Below, piece by piece: positions 33,741-43,523 of a stretch of DNA of 64,000 bases (position 1 is its first letter; every line of letters starts with the position of its first letter). The position numbers were made by a program, and so were the translations under genes. The stretch is taken from NCBI GenBank assembly GCA_964624065.1, contig CAZUWF010000003.1:89471-153470 (forward strand). Reading direction: 5' to 3'. This DNA is from an uncultured Bacteroidales bacterium (GTDB lineage: Bacteria > Bacteroidota > Bacteroidia > Bacteroidales > UBA7960). Below the pieces are notes generated by a model. It searched no databases. It had not been told where the DNA came from and was given only the letters and a program-made list of their open reading frames with translations.

Positions 33741-35780
33741 ATGAAGAATATAAGCTTATTTCTTTTTGCTGTTTGGCTTTTTCCGGTTGGATTAAACCGC
33801 CTCATTGCATCCGAAAAGGTTGCCATTACCCCCGAGATGCTTTGGGAAATGAAGCGTGTTGGAAACCCCGAGGTTTCGCCCGACGGACAGTGGTCGGCAA
33901 TAGTGGTTACGGAGTTTGACGTAAAGGCCAACACCTCGTCGTCCAATATTTTTGTAGTTAACAATAGCGATGGAAGTGTACGGCAGCTCACCCACAGCGG
34001 CAAGGATGGTTCGCCTGCATGGAGTCCTGATGGCAAGGAGCTTGCCTTCGTGTCCAGGCGTCATAACGGGCCTGGCCAACTTTACATTTTGCCCATTGAT
34101 GGCGGCGAAGCCCAAAAGGTAACCGATCTGCCGGTGGGGATTTTTGCACCCAAGTGGTTTCCCGACGGCAAGCGAATTGCATTTGGAGCAAACATCTTTC
34201 CTGAATATGGCGGCGATTGGAAGAGGCTGGAGCAAATTCAAAAGGAAAGAAAGGATTCTAAAGTTACGGCAAAGGTAACCGAGAACACGACCTTCAGGTT
34301 TTGGGACCGGTGGCTTACCGATGGCGACTACCCAAGGCTTTTCAGCATTGACCTTCCCTCGAAAATAGTAACTGACCTCATGCCAAACACCAATAACTAT
34401 TTTGAAATGATGGGTGGCGTGGGCTACGACATTTCGCCCGATGGTAAAACCATTGCGGTGAGCATGAATGTTACCGAACCTCCATACGACTACATAAACA
34501 ATGACGTTTTCTTGCTCCAAACCGATGGTAGCGGTAAAATGATCAACCTCACGCCCTACAACAAGGCGGGCGATTCAAACCCGGTTTTCAGTCCCGATGG
34601 TCAGCTCCTGCTTTACGGCAGACAAAACATTTACCACTTTTATGCCGACAACGTGGAAATGGTGGTTTTTGATTTGGGTTCGGGTACACATAGGGAGTTA
34701 ACTGCCGGTATTGACTTGTCGTGCCAGGGTTGGTTTTGGAGCACCGATGGTCAAAATGTTTTTTTTCTTGCAGAGGATAATGCAATGCAGTCTATTTTCA
34801 GTATACCCTCAGGCGGAGGTCATCATGAAAGGTTGTTTCACAAAGGTACTAACAGTGGGGCAGCAATGACGGGTTCTAATAGAATTGTGTTCAGCCACGA
34901 CAATCTGAATAGCCCCGCGGAGCTTTACACGCTTACCTTGGGCGTTGGTGGCGGAGCGAGAAAGCTTACTGGTTTTAACGATACAACCTTGGCAAAAATT
35001 AATTTCGGGCGCATCGAAAATGTCACCTACAAGGGTGCAAACGATGCCGATGTTCAGATGTTTATAAACTACCCACCCGATTACGACCCATTACAAAAGT
35101 ATCCCTTGGTGGTTATGATTCACGGTGGCCCGCACGGTACCTTTGGCGACAACTGGCACTACCGTTGGAACAGCCAGCTTTTCTCGGCTCCTGGATACAT
35201 ATCGATATTGCCTAACTTCCACGGCTCTACAAGCTTCGGGAAAGATTTTGCCATCAGCATACACGGCGAACACGCAAACAAACCGTACATTGACATTATG
35301 AATTCGGTTGATTACATGATTGACCGTGGACTGGTTGACCCGGGTCGTATGGTCGCAGCCGGTGGCAGTTATGGCGGATTTATGGTTAGCTGGATTGCCG
35401 GGCACACCGACAGGTTTGCCGCCCTTGTAAACCACGCAGGGGTTTATGATCTGCACCTGCAGTTTGCATCAGATTACGGTGCAAACAGGGGCTACCAATA
35501 CGGGGGTACGCCATGGAAAAACTTAGATGTGCTCAACAGCCAAAATCCGGCACAATTTTCCGCAAACTTCAAGTCGCCGATGCTGGTAATTCACGGTGAG
35601 CTCGATTACAGGGTGCCCGTTGCCCATGCGTTCTTGGTGTATAGTATTTACAAGAGTATGGGGCTAGAGTCAAGACTGGTATATTACCCCAACGAAAATC
35701 ACTGGATATTAACCCCACAAAACTCCATTTTTTGGTACAAAGAGTTACACGGTTGGTTAGAGAGGTGGATGAAAAAGTAG
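33741..35780 (+). CDS. S9 family serine peptidase (beta-propeller plus prolyl-oligopeptidase-type hydrolase domain)
   Basis: Signal peptide and TolB-like repeats (SPDG..., FSPDGQ...). Catalytic-domain nucleophile elbow GGSYGGFM, with downstream HGELDYRVP and ENHW. Confidence 0.9.
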   Translation: MKNISLFLFAVWLFPVGLNRLIASEKVAITPEMLWEMKRVGNPEVSPDGQWSAIVVTEFDVKANTSSSNIFVVNNSDGSVRQLTHSGKDGSPAWSPDGKELAFVSRRHNGPGQLYILPIDGGEAQKVTDLPVGIFAPKWFPDGKRIAFGANIFPEYGGDWKRLEQIQKERKDSKVTAKVTENTTFRFWDRWLTDGDYPRLFSIDLPSKIVTDLMPNTNNYFEMMGGVGYDISPDGKTIAVSMNVTEPPYDYINNDVFLLQTDGSGKMINLTPYNKAGDSNPVFSPDGQLLLYGRQNIYHFYADNVEMVVFDLGSGTHRELTAGIDLSCQGWFWSTDGQNVFFLAEDNAMQSIFSIPSGGGHHERLFHKGTNSGAAMTGSNRIVFSHDNLNSPAELYTLTLGVGGGARKLTGFNDTTLAKINFGRIENVTYKGANDADVQMFINYPPDYDPLQKYPLVVMIHGGPHGTFGDNWHYRWNSQLFSAPGYISILPNFHGSTSFGKDFAISIHGEHANKPYIDIMNSVDYMIDRGLVDPGRMVAAGGSYGGFMVSWIAGHTDRFAALVNHAGVYDLHLQFASDYGANRGYQYGGTPWKNLDVLNSQNPAQFSANFKSPMLVIHGELDYRVPVAHAFLVYSIYKSMGLESRLVYYPNENHWILTPQNSIFWYKELHGWLERWMKK

Positions 35781-35860
35781 GGGGTTTGGTTTGCTTGCAA
35801 ATTCTTTGAAAAAAGCCCGATGCAGTTGTAGCGCCGGGCACTTGAGTCTTTTACAAACCT

Positions 35861-36052
35861 TTAATCAACAACCGGGAGGCTCAAACCCTCCTTGCTTACA
35901 AGGTCTGTGTTTCTTTGAACAATTTGGTTAAATGGTTTGAAGCCATTAACCATTTTGCCCTGTCTTTTACTTTGTGGCAACCAAAAAAATCCTTTTTCTT
36001 TTATCAACAATTTGTCTTGAATCTCACTTTGAATTTCCGGTTCAAATCTCAT
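35861..36052 (-). CDS. Small hypothetical ORF (63 aa), second of two tandem small ORFs
   Basis: ATG-initiated ORF. Three nt upstream lies a 38-codon GTG-initiated ORF (36056..36172). I recognise no motif, so coding status is uncertain. Confidence 0.2.
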   Translation of the reverse strand: MRFEPEIQSEIQDKLLIKEKGFFWLPQSKRQGKMVNGFKPFNQIVQRNTDLVSKEGLSLPVVD

Positions 36053-36631
36053 AATTCAGTTCATTGCTTCTTCAATTATTCCAACTTTCCTTTCAAATCC
36101 TCGCCCCAGCACCTTGTTAGTCTGGCAATGGTAAAAACTCCGGTTATGTCCAAGAAACTCGAAAATCCACACTAATGAGGTTTTGTTTCCAATAAATAGT
36201 TCTTTGCTTCAAACCCATAAACCGAATGGTTGAATTTGCCTGTGCTTTCAATGAAACAAGGGTTTGAGAGGGTTCAATGGGAAGCTAACCTACATTTATA
36301 TTTAATAACTCCCGCGGGTTGCAATAAGGTTGAAAATAATTTTTGGCTCATTCTGCAACAGTCAGGGTTAATTAAATTGAAATCAGGAAATCAATAATAC
36401 AGTCATACCCGAAACCTTCAGAAACAACCGAGCCTATGGCATAAAGCCTTTAAATGTAAAGGTCTTGGCATTGTGCCGTCTAGTCAGCTTTGCTGCTAAA
36501 TAATAATTGCCCCTTAATGGTTTTTTAAAACGGAAATAATTATTCAAACAAACCCAGCTAATTATGTAACACCGAAAGGATTCATTGCCTGGGCGAACCC
36601 CATTTTGCTTGACTTGAAGAGACGGCTCCCA

Positions 36632-37978
36632 TTACAGTTTTGACAATTCGCTTTTTGGAATTCTTAAATAATAGTTTTTGGCATTTGGATATGAAGTGTT
36701 ATCTCCGCAAAGCAGCAAAATATCAATGAATTCCGACGAAATGCTTGTGCCGCCTCGTGGTGCTGCCAAATAAGGGTAGATTCCTTTCATTTTTGGAATA
36801 TCTATTCTTTTGAACGCCCCTTCCATACCCTTCTTTAGGTATAGCTTGTCCCAAGCTGCGCAGAAGTAATACATTTGACCTCCTACCTCTATCATTCGCA
36901 TCCAGTTGGTTTTGTCATCGGTTGTGGGTACAGGCCTTTGATTCCAGGCAGAGCCTGCACGGGTGACCTGCACGAACGAATTTTGCCATTCATTTTCGGG
37001 CGTCAACCTTGTTGCATACAAAAGATGGATGGTTCCTGACGAATCTTGGTAAATGTCAACATTCTCCAAAAGTTGGGGCCGGGTTGGGGCCAAGGGGTGC
37101 GATTGAAGGTCAACAATGTTTTCGTGGCTCCAAATGCCATTTCTTTTTTCAAAGTAATGCGATTTTTGATAAGTGCTGGGAACATTGGGCCCCACCCATT
37201 TGTTTTGAACTGCCAAAATGCTAATACCCGAATTTGTACCCTGAACGTAGGGATAATAATAGTCGCTACCCAGGTTCGAACCAGCAATTTCGTGCTGCCA
37301 CTTGATTCCGTTTCTTTCAAAATAACAAACCCTATGGGTTTGGTTCAAACCAAATGATACCACGAGTAGATCATTAGGACCAACCGATGCTCCAAGCCTA
37401 ATATTCACTGTTTCGCCCTGCGACACCCCATCGTTATCGATTATTACAGTCTGATTATAGGTTGTAATATCACCCCCATTGCTATTGGGAAACCAGTAAT
37501 GTTTAAGCCTGCCGAAAGAACCATTTTCAGAAGGTTGGGTGTAAGTGGGTTCGAAAACAAAAATGTGGACAACACCTTGAGAAGTAACAAGAATATTGCC
37601 AGGTCTTGATGTGTTGAACTGGGCTCCCTTTTGCCATTGACCATCGCCCTCCTTTCGATAAACAGTCATTTTTGAAGGGTTGGAAGCATTAGGGTGTGAA
37701 TTGATGTCAATGTTTTCGTTTTCAACCACATACATATAAACCGCATTTCCAAAGCGAACGATCTTGCTTTGGTTGTAACCCCACCAGGTACCGTTGGGCC
37801 CGTGATTCTTGCTCCCGGGTATTTGTTCGAAAAAAATACTTATTGGTGCAATTTCAATTTTGTTGCACCCTGCAAAAGCAAATATTCCGAAAAATACACT
37901 TACTAACCACCAAGCCCGATAAGATTTAAATCTATGCAGGGCATAATTTTTGTGCCAAGCAGAAATTGGAGGTTTCAT
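36632..37978 (-). CDS. Hypothetical lipoprotein (no family recognised)
   Basis: The internal ATG at 37978 gives ...WWLVSVFFGIFAFAGC (lipobox). 448 aa and rich in W/Y/N/G, suggesting an all-beta fold. No catalytic motif identified. Confidence 0.6.
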   Translation of the reverse strand: MKPPISAWHKNYALHRFKSYRAWWLVSVFFGIFAFAGCNKIEIAPISIFFEQIPGSKNHGPNGTWWGYNQSKIVRFGNAVYMYVVENENIDINSHPNASNPSKMTVYRKEGDGQWQKGAQFNTSRPGNILVTSQGVVHIFVFEPTYTQPSENGSFGRLKHYWFPNSNGGDITTYNQTVIIDNDGVSQGETVNIRLGASVGPNDLLVVSFGLNQTHRVCYFERNGIKWQHEIAGSNLGSDYYYPYVQGTNSGISILAVQNKWVGPNVPSTYQKSHYFEKRNGIWSHENIVDLQSHPLAPTRPQLLENVDIYQDSSGTIHLLYATRLTPENEWQNSFVQVTRAGSAWNQRPVPTTDDKTNWMRMIEVGGQMYYFCAAWDKLYLKKGMEGAFKRIDIPKMKGIYPYLAAPRGGTSISSEFIDILLLCGDNTSYPNAKNYYLRIPKSELSKL

Positions 37979-38244
37979 AAAAAAACTTTTATGGTTGTCG
38001 GATAGGCCTAAATCAAAACTATGGGTGCAAATTACTATTGGAGGCAACCAAGCACAGGTTAGAATCAACAAAAATGAAAAAGAAAAAACCGGTTTCAAAA
38101 TAAGCAAAAAATATTTTGCCGTGCAATCAGGCTTTTTAAACTACGTGCAAGTTGTGTCAGGACAATAAATTTGGATCAATTGATCATCGAAACATTGTGT
38201 GACAATGTAGAAAACCTCGGGGGTGTGCAGCAAAGTTAGAAATA

Positions 38245-39012
38245 TTAATCCAAAAACTCACTAACAGCATAAATAAATCCAGATGGGTTGTCGGAGTGCA
38301 CCAAGTGCCCGGCGTTGGAAACGGTTTTTATCAATGCCGTGGAAAAATGCTTTTTTACGAGTGTCTCGTCGTGTGGCATAATGTAGTTTGAGTTTTCGCC
38401 CTTGACGAAAAGGGTGGGCTTTTCGAATTTGCCCGGAGGAAGCATTTCGACCATAATCTCCGAAATATTTTCCTTAATTGCGGGTAGGTTGCACCTCCAG
38501 GCCAAAGTTTTGTGATGGGTAAGCACAATGTTTTTCAAAACCAAGTGCTCGATGAAATTGCCGCCGAAAATTTTCCTAACAGCTTGTTCCAGCTCACTTC
38601 GGGTTGTGAAATGTGGCAAGTCAATGGCCAACATCCGGTCAATAATGTTTTGGTGTTGGGTGGTGTTGGTGTAGGCCGCGGGGCTAATGTCCACCACAAT
38701 AAGCTTCTCCACCAAACCGGGATTGTCGTACGCGAACTTCATTGCCACCTTGCCCCCCATGGAGTGGCCAATGATTGAAACCTTGTAAAGGTTTAGCTCC
38801 TCAACCAATTCAAGCAGGTCATCAGCCATTGCATCGTAGCAAAAAATCGGATTGTGACCGGAGCGCCCATGGTTACGTTGGTCCACCAATACAACCCTTT
38901 GCTTTATGCCTAGCACGCGCGCCACCGACATCAGGTTGTCCGACATTCCAAGCAACCCGTGGAGCATTATTAACGCTGGCCCATGGCCTATTTCGCGATG
39001 GAATAATTTCAA
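38245..39012 (-). CDS. Alpha/beta hydrolase (YbfF-like esterase)
   Basis: PALIMLHGLLG and nucleophile elbow GHSMGG. C-terminal NAGHLVHSDNP. The apparent start codon at 39012 is TTG. Confidence 0.85.
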   Translation of the reverse strand: MKLFHREIGHGPALIMLHGLLGMSDNLMSVARVLGIKQRVVLVDQRNHGRSGHNPIFCYDAMADDLLELVEELNLYKVSIIGHSMGGKVAMKFAYDNPGLVEKLIVVDISPAAYTNTTQHQNIIDRMLAIDLPHFTTRSELEQAVRKIFGGNFIEHLVLKNIVLTHHKTLAWRCNLPAIKENISEIMVEMLPPGKFEKPTLFVKGENSNYIMPHDETLVKKHFSTALIKTVSNAGHLVHSDNPSGFIYAVSEFLD

Positions 39013-39158
39013 TTGGCATTAATCTTGGTTGCAAATCTAAATTTTTTTATCCGAATTGGGCCACAGTGATTTAATTGTATTTAACTCGAATCAGGTCCAT
39101 CAAACAAATTTCATCGGTTTTAGTTTATTCGTTAATTTCACGCCTCAAATCGGGTTTT

Positions 39159-40166
39159 ATGAAAAAAATTTTTTCCCTTTTGCTGTTGTCTTTTTTAAGT
39201 TTAACCGTTGTCAGGAGCCAAACTCCACTTACTTTGGCCAAAGATTTTAAAGTTGTTGACGTACGCGGTGTGGTTCATTCATTGTACAATTATCTCGAAA
39301 ACGGCAAACTTGCTCTAATAATGTTTACTTCGGTTGGCTGTGGAAGTTGTGCTTCAACTTACCCTATTGTGCAGAGCAACTTGGAGCTATTTGGTTGCAA
39401 TTTTGGGAACGTGGTTTTTTTCAAGGTAAGCCGCACGCACTCCCATAGCGACTTTTCGGCTGCTCCTTTCACAACTTTTGGGAGTTACATGATCGCCAAA
39501 AACCACGGAACATCAATATTTGAAAGCTATCAGGTTTTTGCCAGCCCAACCCTTGTTATCATCAAACCAGATCGGTCAATTGCCGAACAGGATATTTGGC
39601 CAGTAAGCCACGAAATATTGCAAGAAAAGATTTTGGAGCATGGAGGCACCCTCATGCAATGCCCGGAGGTTCAAACCTTCGAGGTTTCGGTTGAGGTTAT
39701 ACCCCCTGGTGCCGCCATAATTAGGGGAACTGGCAATCACGTGCCAGGCAATCAAGTGGAGCTCGAAGCCCTGCCCAACCAAGGCTGGGTTATTGACAAT
39801 TGGAGGGATCATTCCGGACTGGTTGTTTCCAACACACTTTATCATAACTTTGTGGTTGGAGCCGAAAATTTTTCATTCAAGGCCAATTTCAAATCATCTT
39901 TATCTGCAAGTAATATTCATGTTGCTAACGGTAGTCTTTCAGTTTTCCCGAACCCCACGAGAAACTCAATATCAATTTTTACAAAAGGTGATGCTCGAAT
40001 TGATCAAAGAGCAGAGTTTCAAATAATTGATGCTAGTGGAAGGGTGGTGCTAATGGATTTTTTGGACAGAACGCAAACCCAAATTGATGTTTCAGGGCTT
40101 GAAAGGGGCGTTTATTTTGTGAGGGTTGAAAACATACCCCAAGTGGTCAAGTTGGTGAAGGAATAA
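39159..40166 (+). CDS. Thioredoxin-fold (TlpA/redoxin-like, CGSC motif) protein with a T9SS type-A C-terminal sorting domain
   Basis: Signal peptide MKKIFSLLLLSFLSLTVVRSQ. LALIMFTSVGCGSCAS (CxxC). C-terminus LSVFPNPTRNSISIF...GVYFVRVEN..VKLVKE. Confidence 0.75.
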   Translation: MKKIFSLLLLSFLSLTVVRSQTPLTLAKDFKVVDVRGVVHSLYNYLENGKLALIMFTSVGCGSCASTYPIVQSNLELFGCNFGNVVFFKVSRTHSHSDFSAAPFTTFGSYMIAKNHGTSIFESYQVFASPTLVIIKPDRSIAEQDIWPVSHEILQEKILEHGGTLMQCPEVQTFEVSVEVIPPGAAIIRGTGNHVPGNQVELEALPNQGWVIDNWRDHSGLVVSNTLYHNFVVGAENFSFKANFKSSLSASNIHVANGSLSVFPNPTRNSISIFTKGDARIDQRAEFQIIDASGRVVLMDFLDRTQTQIDVSGLERGVYFVRVENIPQVVKLVKE

Positions 40167-40248
40167 TTTGAAAAAACCGGTGCAACCCCCAAATATTCTA
40201 ACTTTGCCGTCACAAACCATTATTTTATCACCCAAAAATCCTTGCCCG

Positions 40249-42306
40249 ATGAAAAAAACAATCCTTAAGGTGCTTGCCCTAGCCCTGATCTTGTGGGGAT
40301 GTGGTACCAGAAACCAAAAACAAATCCAAGACAACATGCTTTATTTATCCAAAGAAAAACTCGATTCAATTGTTGACCAGCTTACCGTAAAACACGGCAA
40401 GGATATACAAGATTTGGCTCGTAGGGGGGTAATGCAAATTGCCGCCCTGTGGAAAGAATCGGACGGAACCTTCGAAGAGTTCGAAAAATTCAGCATCGAA
40501 AACTTTATAGGTGACGCCGCCGAGCGCCACAAATTGTTTGAAAAGCTTTCAATAAACTACGAAACAATTTGGGGGCACCTGCACCAGATAAATGTTGACT
40601 TCAGCAAGGGAGTACACCTGGATAGAGAGCCCATGACCCCGGTTGACCTGATGTTTGCAAGCTACTCGCCTTACGCCCACCTGGCCGAGGATTTTTTCAG
40701 AACCAAGATTGCCTTTGTTACAGTGTTAAATTTCCCCTTTTTTACTTTGGACGAAAAAAACCAATTGGGCCAAAGTTGGAGCCGAAAGGAATGGGCCTAT
40801 GCACGTATGGGCGATATCTTTACCTCAAGGGTGCCCTCGGAGATTAACCAGGAGAATGCCAGCATTTCTACCAAATCAGAAAGTTACATTTCGGAATACA
40901 ACATTATAATGGACAACTTGCTCGACGACGAGGGAAATCAAATTTTTACCGGTGGCAGGAAACTCATTTCCCACTGGGGGCTTCGCGATGAGCTAAAGAG
41001 TCATTACGGAAATGCCGAAGGTCTTGCAAATCAAAGGATGATTTACCAGGTAATGAAGCGCATAATTGCCCAGGACATACCCGTTCAGGTAATAAACAAC
41101 GATGGATATAAATGGAATCCATACACCAACGAGGTTTTTGATTTGACCGGCAGTAGAGCACAGGCTACTCCTGAGCCAGACACCAGGTACCAACACCTTT
41201 TGAACAGTTTCTTGGTGGGCAAAAAAGCCGATAATTACTCTCCCAACTATCCCACGGCAATCGAAAGGGCCTTTAATCAAGGCTTGGAGATGACCCTTGA
41301 AGAGGTGGAGGCCATTTTCATTGAGTTGGTTTCTTCGCCGGTAGTTGCCGAGGTGGGCAAGCTTGTTAGCAGTCGCCTGGGGCGGCCATTAGAACCATTT
41401 GACATTTGGTACGACGGTTTCAAGCCAAGGAGCCTCATTTCTGATGAATTGCTTTCCAAGGCCGCTAACAAGAGGTATCCTTCGGCCCTAGCCCTTGAAA
41501 ATGATTTAGCAACCATTCTGAAAAAATTTGGCTGGACTGGTGAGAGGGCTCAATCTATTGCATCCAAAATCATTGTTGAAGGTTCGAGGGGTCCGGGACA
41601 TGCCTGGGGGGCTCGTATGAGGACCAACCAACCCTCGTACCTAAGAACCCGCATTGGTGCCAATGGTATGGACTACAAGGGCTACAACATAGCAATGCAC
41701 GAATTGGGGCACAACGTGGAGCAAACCATAACCCTGCACGATGTTGACTATTACATGATGAACGGGGTGCCTAATACAGCCTTCACCGAAGCCCTTGCTT
41801 TTATTTTTCAAGTGCGCGACCTTGCCTACCTTGGTTTCACAAACACCGACCCGAACCAAAAACACCTTGCGGCCCTTGACGTTTTCTGGGGGACATACGA
41901 AATCATGGGGGTTTCGCTTGTGGATATGGCCGTGTGGAAATGGATGTACCAAAATCCAAACGCAACAGCCGCCCACCTAAAAGAAAACGTCATAAGAATT
42001 GCCACCGAAATCTGGAACAAGTACTTTTATCCGGCCTTTGGAGTCAAGGACTCGCCAATACTTGCTATCTACTCACACATGATTAACTACCCCTTGTACT
42101 TAAGTGCCTATCCACTTGGCCACTTGATAGAGTTTCAGCTCGAGGCAAAGATAACCGGGCTTAATATCGGTGCCGAAATGGACCGGGTGTTTGGTGTTGG
42201 AAAGTTGACGCCCAATGCCTGGATGCAGAATGCAGTTGGAGGTCAAGTTTCGGCAAGACCTATGATACAGGCAATCGAAAAAGCGTTGGTGGCGAAGTTT
42301 GACTAG
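40249..42306 (+). CDS. Lipoprotein with an HEXXH zinc-metallopeptidase motif (gluzincin-like)
   Basis: Lipobox LILWGC. YNIAMHELGHNVEQ, with a Glu about 30 residues downstream (FTEALAF). The family assignment is uncertain. Confidence 0.6.
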   Translation: MKKTILKVLALALILWGCGTRNQKQIQDNMLYLSKEKLDSIVDQLTVKHGKDIQDLARRGVMQIAALWKESDGTFEEFEKFSIENFIGDAAERHKLFEKLSINYETIWGHLHQINVDFSKGVHLDREPMTPVDLMFASYSPYAHLAEDFFRTKIAFVTVLNFPFFTLDEKNQLGQSWSRKEWAYARMGDIFTSRVPSEINQENASISTKSESYISEYNIIMDNLLDDEGNQIFTGGRKLISHWGLRDELKSHYGNAEGLANQRMIYQVMKRIIAQDIPVQVINNDGYKWNPYTNEVFDLTGSRAQATPEPDTRYQHLLNSFLVGKKADNYSPNYPTAIERAFNQGLEMTLEEVEAIFIELVSSPVVAEVGKLVSSRLGRPLEPFDIWYDGFKPRSLISDELLSKAANKRYPSALALENDLATILKKFGWTGERAQSIASKIIVEGSRGPGHAWGARMRTNQPSYLRTRIGANGMDYKGYNIAMHELGHNVEQTITLHDVDYYMMNGVPNTAFTEALAFIFQVRDLAYLGFTNTDPNQKHLAALDVFWGTYEIMGVSLVDMAVWKWMYQNPNATAAHLKENVIRIATEIWNKYFYPAFGVKDSPILAIYSHMINYPLYLSAYPLGHLIEFQLEAKITGLNIGAEMDRVFGVGKLTPNAWMQNAVGGQVSARPMIQAIEKALVAKFD

Positions 42307-42445
42307 AGGATGAAAGGGGACGGGTGGATTTACGAGGTGCGATTGAATTTTAATGCGAATTTATCCGAGATCCACCAGTGTTGGAGAAGGGGGGGGCTAG
42401 GGTTTTGACCGAAAGAACTGCTGGCAGCTTCCGGCTAAATCAATC

Positions 42446-43036
42446 CTAAACAACCTCCCTTAAAACCAGCTCCTCCACAATCCTTGGATAATGTTCGTAT
42501 TCTAGCTTTTTGATCTTGAGGGCCAGAGTTTCGGGTGTTTCCCCATCCGAAATCTTGGTTTTGGCCTGAAAGATAATCTTCCCCTTGTCGTACTCCCGGC
42601 TTACTTCGTGAATGGTAATCCCGCTCTTGCTCCCTCCTGCTTCGATAACCTTTTGGTGCACTATGTCACCGTACATGCCTTTTCCGCCAAACTTGGGCAA
42701 CAAGGCAGGATGAATGTTAACTATTCGGTTGGGATATTCTTCAATTAGGTATTCTGGGATCAGCAGCAGGAAGCCCGCCAGCACTATAAAATCTATCTCG
42801 CTTAGCCTGAATAAACCCAAAACGTGATTTTTGTCTTTCCATTCATCATTGCGTATCACCAGATGCGGGATTTTAGAGTTCGAAGCTCTTTTTAGCACCG
42901 CCGCATCGGGATTGTTTGAAATCACCAGCGCAACCTCAATTGTTTTATGTAGCCTGAAGTACTCTATAAAGTTGGCCACGTTGGTTCCTTGCCCTGAGGC
43001 AAGCATTGCGATTTTTATCCTTGGGGACGACTGCAT
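42446..43036 (-). CDS. purN: Phosphoribosylglycinamide formyltransferase
   Basis: IAMLASGQGTN, IDFIVLAGFLLLIP, NIHPALLPKFGGKGMYG..VH and GITIHEV. The start is taken at the ATG (43036); the ORF extends to a TTG at 43063. Confidence 0.9.
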   Translation of the reverse strand: MQSSPRIKIAMLASGQGTNVANFIEYFRLHKTIEVALVISNNPDAAVLKRASNSKIPHLVIRNDEWKDKNHVLGLFRLSEIDFIVLAGFLLLIPEYLIEEYPNRIVNIHPALLPKFGGKGMYGDIVHQKVIEAGGSKSGITIHEVSREYDKGKIIFQAKTKISDGETPETLALKIKKLEYEHYPRIVEELVLREVV

Positions 43037-43209
43037 TGGGTCAAAAGATTTTTTGTTTTGCAAAGTTTAGCTTTTTTTCAATTCGCAATTGGCTTTCTCG
43101 CAAAAAAGAAATTTATCAAAATATCAAACCCAATTTTTAGGGGCTGCGCAAAGCCCTATAAAACAACTCTTTGTGTAATATTTTTTGAAATTCTGCTTAA
43201 AAAAGTTGT

Positions 43210-43237
43210 TTTGGTATTTAATTGTACTTTATCTTTG
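43210..43237 (+). promoter_or_regulatory. Bacteroidota sigma-A-type promoter candidate (TTTG -33, TATCTTTG -7) for acpP-fabF-rnc
   Basis: TTTG at 43210-43213 and TAnnTTTG (TATCTTTG) at 43230-43237, about 30 nt upstream of the acpP ATG. Confidence 0.5.
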
Positions 43238-43268
43238 CAGTCCGTTTTAAATCAAAAAAATAGAAACT

Positions 43269-43505
43269 ATGTCAGACATTACAGCAAGAGTAAAAGCTAT
43301 TATCGTTGATAAGCTTGGAGTTGACGAGAAGGAAGTGACCCTTGAAGCAAGTTTTACTAATGACCTTGGGGCCGACTCACTTGACACCGTTGAACTAATC
43401 ATGGAATTCGAGAAAGAATTCAACATGGCTATTCCTGACGACCAGGCTGAGAAAATCAGCACAGTGGGTGATGCTATCAATTACATCCATGAAAATCAGA
43501 AGTAA
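43269..43505 (+). CDS. acpP: Acyl carrier protein
   Basis: 78 aa. [20 protein letters not shown] contains the phosphopantetheine-attachment Ser. Confidence 0.97.
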   Translation: MSDITARVKAIIVDKLGVDEKEVTLEASFTNDLGADSLDTVELIMEFEKEFNMAIPDDQAEKISTVGDAINYIHENQK

Positions 43506-43523
43506 AACCTAAAACGCTTGATA

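Noticed and set aside
36030-36055. tRNA T-loop-like string CCGGTTCAAATCTCA.
   Set aside because: It has no complementary T-stem, acceptor stem or anticodon arm around it, and it lies inside a small ORF. No tRNA-like structure was found anywhere in the window.
42389-42396. Second G8 homopolymer.
   Set aside because: It lies in the convergent 3' gap between the metallopeptidase-like gene and purN, with no promoter or CDS to affect. I treat it as incidental.
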